In this document: in pieces, positions 26,510 to 35,843 of the stretch | Layout: each line of letters begins with the position of its first letter | How positions within the stretch are numbered: the stretch's first letter is position 1 | Assembly: GCA_034670305.1 (NCBI GenBank) | Contig: JAXMNT010000014.1 | Location: 64,001-128,000, forward strand | DNA length: 64,000 nucleotides | From: Deltaproteobacteria bacterium | Lineage (GTDB): Bacteria; Myxococcota_A; Polyangia; Polyangiales; Houyiibacteriaceae | Direction: 5' to 3' | Translations under genes and position numbers: made by a program | The notes under the pieces: generated by a model | Database searches by the model: none | Told to the model about the DNA's origin: nothing | What the model saw: only the letters and a program-made list of their open reading frames with translations

Positions 26510-28498
26510 TCAGGGCACGGCAGCCGCGGCGGCTTCTTTGTCCGCCGAGCGAAGCACCCGTCGAAGCGTCGCCGCCAACGCGTCGGGCCGGATGGGCTTC
26601 AAGAGGAACGCCTTGACCCCGAGCCGGGACAAGACGAGCCAATCGGCCGCGGTTCCCGTACCAGTCAGAACCACGAGCGGCGGTGGAGAGGCGAAGTCGG
26701 AACGCACGAGGGCGGCCACCTCCATGCCGTTCTGATCGGGCAGCTGCAGATCCAACAGCACCACGTCGTACGTGGATTGTGCGAGCGCGTTGAAACACGC
26801 CTCCGCGGTACGAACCGAGTCGATCTCTCCGCGCGGAAACGCCGCCTCCAAATACACCGTCATCAGGTCGGCGAACTCCGGGTCGTCTTCGACGATGAGG
26901 ATGCGGCGCCGGTCGAGTTCCACCCGCTTGAGCTTCGCGATGGCGTCGTCGAGCAGCGTTCGGAACTCGATGCAGCTGGCCGGTCGCTTCGCCGGGTCCT
27001 TCTCGAGCGCCGCGCGGAGGGGCGCATCGAGAAGCGGATCGACCCCGGGCACCGAACTCGCCCGGGGCACCGGGTCGTTCACGTGCATCGCCGCCAGCCG
27101 CTCCGGCACCTGATGGCTGAACGGCAGTCGGCCCGTGAACAGCTCGTAGGCCACCACACCGAGGGAGTACACGTCGACCCGGTCGGCGAGCTTGGCCTGC
27201 ACCTGTCGCCGGACCCGCTCGGGCGCCAGGTAGGCGGGGGTGCCGACGAGCCGGGACACCCGCGCGAAGTCGTCGTTCGGCCGCACGACCCCGAAGTCCG
27301 TCACGCACACTCGAAACGAAGGACCGACCAAGAGGTTGGCGGGTTTGACGTCGCCGTGGACCAGCCCGCACTGATGCACGGCGTCGATCCCCGCCGCGGC
27401 CTGCTGGATGATGGAATGGGCGACATCGAAATCGGGGCGGCCGCTCTCGCGCACGAACTCGGCGACCGAATGCCCCTCGACCATTTCCATCACCAGGTAG
27501 GGCGAGCCGTCGTGCTCCCCAAGCGCGAAGACGCGCGCGACGTTCGGGTGTTGCACCTGCGCCATCGCACGGGCTTCCCGCTGAAGATCCACGCTCATCC
27601 GATCATGCAGCAACTTGATGGCGACGGGGCGCTCGAGCCGCATGTCGAACCCGGACAGCACCGCACCGAACCCTCCGCGTCCGAGACTGCCGCGGACCTC
27701 ATAGACGTCCCCGAGCAACGTGCCGTACGGGATCTCGAGCGGTGGCGGAGCGACCGAGACTCGGAACTGCTTCCACTCGGCGATGAGGTCCTGGAGCGAG
27801 CCACGATCGGCGGGATCGGGCTCCAAGCAGTGTCGAAGCACCGGACCGAGCCCAGGAAAGTGATCGACCTCGATCTGGGAGACATCGGCCGGTGGCGGCG
27901 ACCCGGTGGCAAAGAAGTGCGCCACCGCCGCGAGGCTGAAGACATCGGTGCGGGGGTCCAGGTGGTCGGTCGCAGGTGCCGCGTAGTTCGGGTCTCTCTC
28001 CCCCGACCTCCCCGCGAGGAGCGCCCCCTCCGTACCGATGCTTCCGAAGCCGAGCAGTTTCACGCTCCGTTCGGTCTGATGGTGTTGCACGAACACGTGC
28101 CGAGGCTCGACCGAGCCGTGGACGAATCCGAGTTCGTGGGCGGACCGAAGCGCCTGCGCGAGCTCTCCCACCCAGCCCACCATCTCGTCCATGCTCGGCG
28201 GCGCGACCCCGACCTCCTCGGTGGCGAGCGCCCCGATCAATGGCTCCATGACCACGTAGGCGCGGTCCGACGAGAGGACCAGATCGTACACGCGCATCAG
28301 GGCGGGTTCGTTGCCGGCGCCGCCGAGAATGCGCACTTCGCGCTCGAGCGCGGTGCGCCGGGCGGGCTCTACTTCGCCTTCCAGCAGCTGCACGCTGACC
28401 GCCCGATCGAGTCGGGTGTCCTTTGCGTGAAACCATACCGATCCACGATCCCGCGCGAACGACTCGCCGAGTTCATACCGTCCCCCGAGTGGCATCAT
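26510..28498 (-). CDS. Ser/Thr kinase: pseudokinase + active kinase + receiver domain
   Basis: Domain 1 HGSVEPRH/LLGFG; domain 2 GRGGFG, AIK, HGDVKPAN, DFG, APE; receiver ILIVEDD, LLDLQLP, KP. Confidence 0.9.
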   Translation of the reverse strand: MMPLGGRYELGESFARDRGSVWFHAKDTRLDRAVSVQLLEGEVEPARRTALEREVRILGGAGNEPALMRVYDLVLSSDRAYVVMEPLIGALATEEVGVAPPSMDEMVGWVGELAQALRSAHELGFVHGSVEPRHVFVQHHQTERSVKLLGFGSIGTEGALLAGRSGERDPNYAAPATDHLDPRTDVFSLAAVAHFFATGSPPPADVSQIEVDHFPGLGPVLRHCLEPDPADRGSLQDLIAEWKQFRVSVAPPPLEIPYGTLLGDVYEVRGSLGRGGFGAVLSGFDMRLERPVAIKLLHDRMSVDLQREARAMAQVQHPNVARVFALGEHDGSPYLVMEMVEGHSVAEFVRESGRPDFDVAHSIIQQAAAGIDAVHQCGLVHGDVKPANLLVGPSFRVCVTDFGVVRPNDDFARVSRLVGTPAYLAPERVRRQVQAKLADRVDVYSLGVVAYELFTGRLPFSHQVPERLAAMHVNDPVPRASSVPGVDPLLDAPLRAALEKDPAKRPASCIEFRTLLDDAIAKLKRVELDRRRILIVEDDPEFADLMTVYLEAAFPRGEIDSVRTAEACFNALAQSTYDVVLLDLQLPDQNGMEVAALVRSDFASPPPLVVLTGTGTAADWLVLSRLGVKAFLLKPIRPDALAATLRRVLRSADKEAAAAAVP

Positions 28499-28565
28499 GC
28501 CGGCCTGAGCATGGCATCTTTCGCCGCCACAACGAACCAACCGGGTTCGTTGTGGTGGACCCTCC

Positions 28566-31500
28566 CTACCTAGGGACGCTCTGCGGACGGGCCGAGCCCC
28601 GAAGCCGCCGACGCCATCCCCACAGCCCTAGGAGCAGGAGCAGCGAAGCACTGCCCGCCGGGTGGCTTCCCCCAGCCGAACACGCGCCACCGCCGGCGTA
28701 CCCGCCAGGGCCGGTGGGTGTGTCGTCGGTGGGATCGAGGTAGTTCGGGATCCCGTCCCCGTCGGAGTCCTCACGCCCCTCTTCGAGGTCGGTCAGCCCG
28801 TCGTTGTCGCTGTCGGTGTCGAGCCGGTTGGGAATGCCGTCGTCGTCCACATCGTCGTCGGGACCACCAGGCAGCGCGTCGCCGTCTTCGACTTCGGTCC
28901 GGGTCGGGATGCCGTCGCCGTCGTCGTCCGTGTCCAGATGATCGGGCAGCCGGTCGCCGTCACTGTCGCGCGGCATGCCCGCGTCGAGTTCGTCGCGGGT
29001 GGGAATGGAGTCCCCGTCGTCGTCCGTGTCGAGGTAGTCGGGCATGCCGTCGCCGTCCGTGTCGGGACACGACACTTCAGGCGGACCGCCGCACTCCACG
29101 ATGTCCGGCAGCCCGTCGCCGTCGCTGTCGACGGGACCGGAGTCGCTGTCGAGGTAGTCGGGGGTGCCGTCGCCATCCGAGTCGGGACAGCCGGATGCCG
29201 GATCCGAGCACTCCATCATGTCGGGCATCGTGTCCCCGTCGGAGTCGAGGTCGAGCCAGCTCGGCAGTCCGTCGTCGTCGGGATCGTCGTTGCCCAGCGC
29301 CATCGAGTCGTTGCGTTCGGTCAACGTCGGGATGCCGTCGTTGTCGTCGTCCGGATCGAGGTAGTCGAGCCGGCCGTCCTCGTCGGAGTCTCTGGGCGAC
29401 GACGCGCCACCGGCACCGAGCTCGTCGATGGTCGGAATCGAGTCGCCGTCGTCGTCGGTGTCCAGGTGGTCCGGCGTGCCGTCACCGTCCGTGTCCTGGT
29501 CGCCCTCCGGTCGTTCCTCCCGGGTGGGGATCGAATCGCCGTCGTCGTCCGGGTCGAGGTAGTCCTCGGTGCCGTCGTCGTCGGTGTCGGGGCAGCCATC
29601 CGCTGGATCGCCGCCGCACTCCACCACGTCCGCGATTCCGTCACCGTCCGTGTCGACCACGACCGAGTCGGGGTCGAGGTAGTCCGGGATTCCGTCGTCG
29701 TCGAGGTCGAGGCGGCCTTCCACGAGGTCGCTCGCTCCGTCCCCGTCGCTGTCGGTGTCCAGGTAGGCCGGGATCCCGTCGTCGTCGGGGTCGCCGAACA
29801 TGGCGACGTCCATGACCTCTTGCGCGGTGTCGATTCCGTCCGCGTCGTCGTCGGTGTCCCGCCAGTCCGCCGGTTCGGTCATGTCGCGGTTCGGAAGGGG
29901 CGCCATGACGCCGCCGTCGTCCGGATCGAACGCATCGTCGAGTCCGTCCATGTCGGTGTCGTCGCCCGAAGGCTCCCGATCGGCCACTCCATCGGCGTCC
30001 GCGTCGTGGCCTTCGATCGCATCGGGGACCGTGTCCCCGTCGGTGTCGAGGTCGAGGTAGTCCGGGCTGTCGTCGCCGTCGATGTCGAAGCACGCGCCGA
30101 TCGCGCCGCACTCGATCGAGTCCACGATGCCGTCGTCGTCGGCGTCGATGTCGAGGTGGTCGCTGAAGCCGTCCGAGTCGAAGTCGGGCGGTGTCGGTGC
30201 CACGCCGCCATCGTCCAGGTCGTAGGCGTCGTCGAGTCCATCCATGTCGGTGTCGATGCCGAGCGCCGGCGTGTCGGCCGCGCCGTCGCCGTCCAGGTCG
30301 TGCGCTTCGATCGCGGTCGGGATGATGTCGCCGTCGTCGTCCGCGTCGCGGTAGTCCGGGTCGCCGTCGCCGTCGGTGTCGACGTCGCTCTCGTCCGCAG
30401 TGAGCAGCCCGTCGCCATCGTCGTCGACGTCGCGCCAGTCGGGTCGGCCGTCCTCGTCGGTGTCTTCGCAGGCGGTGAAGCCGCTGCACTCGTCGATGGT
30501 CGGGATGCCGTCGCCGTCGTCGTCCGGATCCATGTAGTCCGGATCGCCGTCGCCATCCGTGTCCGGGCAACCGTCGGCCGGGTCGCCGCCGCACTCGATC
30601 GAGTCGGGGATGCCGTCCAGGTCGGTGTCGACGGGGCTCGAGTCCGGGTCCAGGTAGTCCGGGATGCCATCCATGTCGAGATCGACGGTGCCTTCGGTCC
30701 GGTCGGGCACTCCGTCGCCGTCGCTGTCGTCGTCGTACCAAGCGTCGATGTCGTCGTCGTCCGGCGTACCGAACTCGGCCTGGTCTTCGATCTCAGTCGC
30801 GGTCGGGATCGCGTCGCCGTCGTCGTCCGCGTCGCGGAAGTCCGGCCGAGTGTCCGTGTCGGAGTTGCGGCAGGGCTGCGAGGGACACTCTTCGGTGTCG
30901 GCGAGCGTGTCGTCGTCGCTGTCCAGATCCAGGTAGTCCGGCATGCCGTCCATGTCGGTGTCTTCACAACCGGCGGGCGTCGTGCATTCGACCGCGCTCG
31001 GGATGCCGTCGTCGTCGTCGTCGTCGTCGAGGTAGTCCGGGCCCGGGGTACCGTCGCTGTCGCCGAGCGGGAACTCGGTCCGCGTCGGGATGCCGTCACC
31101 GTCGTCGTCCGCGTCCAGGAAGTCGGGCTCCGGATCGCTGTCGTGGTTCGGCGGGACCGCGCCTGGGTCGTACGCGTCGTCGAGTCCGTCCGCGTTCAGA
31201 TCGGTGCCGCTCGGAATGGTGTCCGGTTCGCCGTCGCCATCGACGTCGTGGCCTTCGGTCGCGTCGGGAACCGAGTCGTTGTCGCTGTCGAGGTCGAGGT
31301 ACGCCGGCATGCGATCCATGTCCGGGTCGGCCATGCCCTCGGTCTCGTCGGTCAGCCCGTCGCCGTCCGAGTCCAGGTCGAGGTAGCCCGGGTGTCCGTC
31401 CGCGTCGAAGTCACGACACATGGTGGGCATCGGACACTCTTCCGCGGTCGGGATGCCGTCGCCGTCGTCGTCGGTGTCTCGGTAGTCGGGTCGCGGCGCA

Positions 31501-34235
31501 CCGCCGGCGTTCGGGATCGCGGCCATCATGCCGCCCGCGTCGGGATCGTAGGCGTCGTCGAGTCCGTTGCCGTTGCGGTCTTCGCCGCTCGGCAACACGT
31601 CGGGCGCGCCGTCGCGGTTCACGTCGTGTCCCTCGATCGCGTCGAGGATGCCGTCGTTGTCGCTGTCGGTGTCGAGGTAGTCCGGGTCCGCGTCGCCGTC
31701 GCTGTTGCGTCGGCCTTCCACGCGGGTCGGGATGCCGTCGTTGTCGTCGTCGACGTCGAGGTAGTCCGGCCGCCCGTCCATGTCGGAGTCTCGGCAGGTG
31801 CGCATGACCATCGGACACTCGTCGGCGTCGTCGATGCCGTCGTTGTCGCTGTCGCTGTCGAGGTAGTTCGGCCGGCCATCGCCATCGAGGTCGCCCGGCT
31901 CTTCGATCACGGTGGGGATTCCGTCGCCGTCGTCGTCGGTGTCGAGCCAGTCGGCGATCGCACCGTCGGTGTCCTGAAGCGGCGCGCGGGTGCCGCCGTT
32001 GTCCGGGTCGTACGCGTTGTCCAGGCCGTCCCCGTCCGTGTCGACGCCGGCCGGCATGCGATCGGCTGCGCCGTCCATGTCCGCGTCGTGGCCTTCGATG
32101 GCGTCGAGCACACCGTCACCATCCGAGTCGGTGTCGCGCCAGTCGTCGGCGCCCATCATGTCGGTGTTCGGGGTGGGAAGGGGGCGTCCTTCGACCGCGT
32201 CGGCCAAGCCGTTCCCGTTCGTGTCCGCGCCGCCGTCGAGCCGGCCGTCGCCGTTTCCATCGCGGCCGCCCGCTTCGGTCGTGTCGGTGATGCCGTCTCC
32301 ATCGGAGTCGACGTCGAGGAAGTCGTCCGCGCCATCTCGATCGGTGTCGGGCGGGGTGGTGGTGACGGTGGCGATGAGCGGGTTCGCCGGCGCGGTGTCG
32401 ACCGAGTCGATCACCCCGTCGCCGTCGCGATCTGCCTGATCGTCTGGCAGGCCATCGTCGTTCGCGTCGAGTGCGCCGTTGTCGCTCTCGAAGACATCTG
32501 GGAGTCCGTCGCCGTCCGCGTCCAGATCCTGGTGGTTCGGCGTACCGTCTTGGTCCAGGTCGAAGCGGTCGTCGATGTTGTCGCCGTTCGAATCCACGAA
32601 CCCGGGCGTGCCTGGATCCCGCCAGTCGGGCGTTCCGTCCATGTCGATGTCCGCGTCGGGCAAGAGGCCCACACCGAGCTCGTCGGTGTCGAGGATGCCG
32701 TCGTTGTCGTCGTCCGGATCCATGTCGTCCGGAACGCCGTCGCCATCGAAGTCGGCGTTCGGCGGGCACTCGGAAGACAGGGGCGGAAGGGAGACGGTCT
32801 GGAAGCCGCCGATGCCACCGGTGCCGTTGCCGCCACCGCCGGTACCACCCGCGCCGCCCGCGATGTCGGGCGTTCCGGCGATCGTGCCGCTCGGGGTCGC
32901 GAGCACGACGAAACCGCCGCCGCCGCCACCACCCGCACCATCGTCCGCTTGGTCGGTGTCGCTTCCATCTCCGCCGACCGCCTGCACGGTGAGGGCGCCG
33001 AGCGTCGTGTCTTCGGTGTGGAGGAACAACGTGCCGCCGCCACCACCGCCGCCGCCACCTTCTTGGTCCTGGCGCTCGCCGCCATCGCCGTTCGCGGAGA
33101 GCACGCCACCGCCGGCCAACGACGCCGCGCGGATGTAGAGCACCCCACCGCCCGCCTGGCCACTGACGGCGGCCACTTCGGTGTCGTCGTCGAGTGAGCC
33201 GGAACCGCCGCCACCTCCAAGGAGGATGCGGTCGAGATCTCGATAGCCGGTGCCGGGACGCGCGACCGTTGCGGCGGTGTCTCCGCCTGGACCGACCGCG
33301 CCCGTGCCGCCGGGACCACCGCCGCCGCCGCCGCCGCCGCCCGAGTCGATGACGGTTCCCGGATGGGTCGCACCCGCGTTGCCTGGCGCGCCGCGCAAGT
33401 TCTCGGTGCCGAAGATGCCGGAGGTGGCCCGGGTGCGCACGCCGAGCGCGCGGCTGTAGACGCGCGTCGGCGTGCCGTGGATGCCCTCGCCTTTGACACC
33501 GTCGGTCTCGGTGTCGTTCACCAACGGAATGACCGGGCTGCCGCCGGAGAAGCCGAGCCCGTCCACGCTGATGCGGCCGGCCACTCGAAGTTCTCCCGTG
33601 ACGTCGAGCACCACGAAGCCACCCGAGCGTCCATCCCACGGCGCACCGGTGACGACGCCTGTGCCTGTGACGCGCAGGTCACCGAAGGTCGGTACACGAA
33701 CCACCTGGTACCGGTACACGCCGCCACCGAGGTTGCCGGCCACATCGGCGGTGTCGTCGCCGATGTAGAGGTTGCGGGTCGTGTTCACGAGGGGCAGCAC
33801 GCCGCCCGCCACGGGGCCCGCGGCGATGTTGAACTCGTACAAGCCGGCGACGAACTGAGCCTCGTCCAGCACGCCCTGTCGATCGTCGCCTCCCGGACCA
33901 TCTCCGTAGCGACCGTTCACCGTGCCCTCGGCTCGGCGGTCGATGCGCGCCCCCTGCACCTGCACGAGGAGGACCAGATCACCGGCGGCGATCACCCCCG
34001 AGCCGCGGCGGGCCGCGGCGTCGACCGGGACCACGCCGCTCCCCACCGGCACAGTCGTGAGACCAGCGGGGTTCGGATAGTACGCGTTGAGGATCGTTCC
34101 CGGTGCGGCCACGACCTGGTCGGGCCCGGTGGTGCCACAGGCGGTCTGCGCCTCGACCGGAGAGGACAGCCAGAGTCCAGCCGAAAGGAGCGCGATGGCC
34201 CCACAGATGCGGTTGCAAGAAAAGCTCGAAGTCAT
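28566..34235 (-). CDS. Large surface protein with thrombospondin type-3-like Ca-binding repeats and MYXO-CTERM-type tail
   Basis: Signal peptide; Gly-rich N-domain; dozens of DxDxDGxPDYLDxDxDxDG repeats; GGGACSA...LLLLLGLWGWRRR. Confidence 0.9.
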   Translation of the reverse strand: MTSSFSCNRICGAIALLSAGLWLSSPVEAQTACGTTGPDQVVAAPGTILNAYYPNPAGLTTVPVGSGVVPVDAAARRGSGVIAAGDLVLLVQVQGARIDRRAEGTVNGRYGDGPGGDDRQGVLDEAQFVAGLYEFNIAAGPVAGGVLPLVNTTRNLYIGDDTADVAGNLGGGVYRYQVVRVPTFGDLRVTGTGVVTGAPWDGRSGGFVVLDVTGELRVAGRISVDGLGFSGGSPVIPLVNDTETDGVKGEGIHGTPTRVYSRALGVRTRATSGIFGTENLRGAPGNAGATHPGTVIDSGGGGGGGGGPGGTGAVGPGGDTAATVARPGTGYRDLDRILLGGGGGSGSLDDDTEVAAVSGQAGGGVLYIRAASLAGGGVLSANGDGGERQDQEGGGGGGGGGTLFLHTEDTTLGALTVQAVGGDGSDTDQADDGAGGGGGGGFVVLATPSGTIAGTPDIAGGAGGTGGGGNGTGGIGGFQTVSLPPLSSECPPNADFDGDGVPDDMDPDDDNDGILDTDELGVGLLPDADIDMDGTPDWRDPGTPGFVDSNGDNIDDRFDLDQDGTPNHQDLDADGDGLPDVFESDNGALDANDDGLPDDQADRDGDGVIDSVDTAPANPLIATVTTTPPDTDRDGADDFLDVDSDGDGITDTTEAGGRDGNGDGRLDGGADTNGNGLADAVEGRPLPTPNTDMMGADDWRDTDSDGDGVLDAIEGHDADMDGAADRMPAGVDTDGDGLDNAYDPDNGGTRAPLQDTDGAIADWLDTDDDGDGIPTVIEEPGDLDGDGRPNYLDSDSDNDGIDDADECPMVMRTCRDSDMDGRPDYLDVDDDNDGIPTRVEGRRNSDGDADPDYLDTDSDNDGILDAIEGHDVNRDGAPDVLPSGEDRNGNGLDDAYDPDAGGMMAAIPNAGGAPRPDYRDTDDDGDGIPTAEECPMPTMCRDFDADGHPGYLDLDSDGDGLTDETEGMADPDMDRMPAYLDLDSDNDSVPDATEGHDVDGDGEPDTIPSGTDLNADGLDDAYDPGAVPPNHDSDPEPDFLDADDDGDGIPTRTEFPLGDSDGTPGPDYLDDDDDDDGIPSAVECTTPAGCEDTDMDGMPDYLDLDSDDDTLADTEECPSQPCRNSDTDTRPDFRDADDDGDAIPTATEIEDQAEFGTPDDDDIDAWYDDDSDGDGVPDRTEGTVDLDMDGIPDYLDPDSSPVDTDLDGIPDSIECGGDPADGCPDTDGDGDPDYMDPDDDGDGIPTIDECSGFTACEDTDEDGRPDWRDVDDDGDGLLTADESDVDTDGDGDPDYRDADDDGDIIPTAIEAHDLDGDGAADTPALGIDTDMDGLDDAYDLDDGGVAPTPPDFDSDGFSDHLDIDADDDGIVDSIECGAIGACFDIDGDDSPDYLDLDTDGDTVPDAIEGHDADADGVADREPSGDDTDMDGLDDAFDPDDGGVMAPLPNRDMTEPADWRDTDDDADGIDTAQEVMDVAMFGDPDDDGIPAYLDTDSDGDGASDLVEGRLDLDDDGIPDYLDPDSVVVDTDGDGIADVVECGGDPADGCPDTDDDGTEDYLDPDDDGDSIPTREERPEGDQDTDGDGTPDHLDTDDDGDSIPTIDELGAGGASSPRDSDEDGRLDYLDPDDDNDGIPTLTERNDSMALGNDDPDDDGLPSWLDLDSDGDTMPDMMECSDPASGCPDSDGDGTPDYLDSDSGPVDSDGDGLPDIVECGGPPEVSCPDTDGDGMPDYLDTDDDGDSIPTRDELDAGMPRDSDGDRLPDHLDTDDDGDGIPTRTEVEDGDALPGGPDDDVDDDGIPNRLDTDSDNDGLTDLEEGREDSDGDGIPNYLDPTDDTPTGPGGYAGGGACSAGGSHPAGSASLLLLLGLWGWRRRLRGSARPQSVPR

Positions 34236-34325
34236 CAGAGTTCCTTTGGCATCACCTAAATTTGACACGGCTGTAGAGCCGGCGATGCCTCACCTCAATG
34301 GGGTGCGTTTTCGGTCACGCGACAG

Positions 34326-34341
34326 TGCAAGCCACGTTCCG
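34326..34341 (-). promoter_or_regulatory. Possible sigma-54 promoter
   Basis: Minus strand CGGAACGTGGCTTGCA (GG-N10-GC) about 90 bp upstream of the TSP3 gene. Confidence 0.4.
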
Positions 34342-34427
34342 CCGAGTATGACAGAAAAACGTCCGACCGATCCGGCGGATCGACCTCACCACTGTGGGTG
34401 ATTTACATCAAGTGATGGACAGAACCA

Positions 34428-35843
34428 TCACCCGTTTGGGTCAACGGCCGGAAACGTGCCCGAGCTGCGGGTCGAGCCGATGGCTGGCGCGAGCGCGAGA
34501 CGGAGGGCGTCCGCGGCGGTCTTCGGTCGATCGAAGCCGTCGGCCGGCTCGACGAGCCGTAGCTCGTCCGCATCGACGTGGCCGTCGAGCAGCAAAAGCG
34601 TCTGCGCCGGGGCCAGGAACGCGCCGAGCCAGGGACGGAGGTTGTCGTCGGTCGGGAGTGCGAAGACCTCGACGTCGGTGCCACCCAGGCGAAGCCGACC
34701 GAGCGCACCGAGCATGCCGTTGCCGACCGCGGAGGGCCGCGCCGCCGCCACGAGGAACTCCTCGATGCCGCTCAGCGCTCGTGCGAAGCGGGTCAACGCA
34801 TCGAAGGAACCTGCCACCCCGAGTCGGACGGGGCCGTCGACCCCAGGACGGCGGAGGCGGAGCGCGGCGGTGCGCATCGCGGGGATCTCCTCTTCGTCGC
34901 AGAAGCGGGTGCGCGCGATGGCCTCGTGGGCGCGCAGCGCGTTCTGCCCCCAGAGCCCGACGAGCACCTCGAGGATGGCCACGTCCGAGTCGGCGACCAG
35001 ATCGAGCACCTCCTGCAGGGACCGAGGTTGCTCGAGGCGGCTCGCGATGGCCTCCGCGAGATGCCTCGGCACGTCGCGGATCGTGCTCGGCGCCACCGTG
35101 AGGTGGACCTGGGTGTCGAGGCTCGGCAACTCGTCCAACAGACGGGTGCGCTCGTCGCTGTGCCGCACCGCTTCCATGAGGAGGTGATCGGTCGCGCGGT
35201 CGATGCGCCGGCGGGTCGCGGGCCGGTCCGGCATGAAGATGAACTTGCCCTCCCGCTGTCCGAGCGCTCGAAAGAGCGCCTTCTCACCGGTGACCGCCCC
35301 GCAGCTCGCGTCGACGATCGCACCGGAGCGGATCCAGATCTCCGCTTCGATGCCGCCGCTCTCCACCCGCAAGAGGCCCGTGCGCCGGTTCTGTGCGAAC
35401 ACCTGCAAGAGATCGAAGAGCGCGACTTGCTGAAGATCGCCTTCGAGCTCCGCTGCCCGCGCCGGCTCGCGCCGCGCCCGGATGACATCGAGCACCCGCG
35501 CCGCGACCTCCTCGGCGTGAAACGGTTTGACGATCGGTTCGGCCCGCGCGTGCAGGGCGCCGAGCTCCGAGCGGTCGCCGCGACCGAGCACGAACACGTG
35601 CGCGTCGGCCGTGCGCGGGTTGTCGGTCAGCACGTCGAGAAAGGTGCGGATGTCGAGGATCGTGACGTTGCGATCGACGAGCACGACTTCGGCCGCGATC
35701 TCGACCGCACGTTTGAGTCCGCTCTGTCCGTCGGTCGCCAGCGCGACCTGATGGCCCTGCTCGCGCAGGATGCGGGCGAGTAGATCGAGCGTGTCCCAGT
35801 CTTCGTCGACGACGAGCACGCGCGCTTTGAGATCCACCGTCAT
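34428..35843 (-). CDS. Receiver + DUF4388 domain protein with degenerate C-terminal domain
   Basis: VLVVDED...VLVD...KPF; LEGDLQQVALFDLLQVFAQNRRTGLL; HLLMEAVRHSDE. Confidence 0.85.
   Translation of the reverse strand: MTVDLKARVLVVDEDWDTLDLLARILREQGHQVALATDGQSGLKRAVEIAAEVVLVDRNVTILDIRTFLDVLTDNPRTADAHVFVLGRGDRSELGALHARAEPIVKPFHAEEVAARVLDVIRARREPARAAELEGDLQQVALFDLLQVFAQNRRTGLLRVESGGIEAEIWIRSGAIVDASCGAVTGEKALFRALGQREGKFIFMPDRPATRRRIDRATDHLLMEAVRHSDERTRLLDELPSLDTQVHLTVAPSTIRDVPRHLAEAIASRLEQPRSLQEVLDLVADSDVAILEVLVGLWGQNALRAHEAIARTRFCDEEEIPAMRTAALRLRRPGVDGPVRLGVAGSFDALTRFARALSGIEEFLVAAARPSAVGNGMLGALGRLRLGGTDVEVFALPTDDNLRPWLGAFLAPAQTLLLLDGHVDADELRLVEPADGFDRPKTAADALRLALAPAIGSTRSSGTFPAVDPNG

Noticed and set aside
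28662-33197. 1511-aa plus-strand ORF
   Set aside because: Antisense shadow of the Asp-rich TSP3 gene (Val-rich mirror of GAC codons), typical of high-GC DNA.
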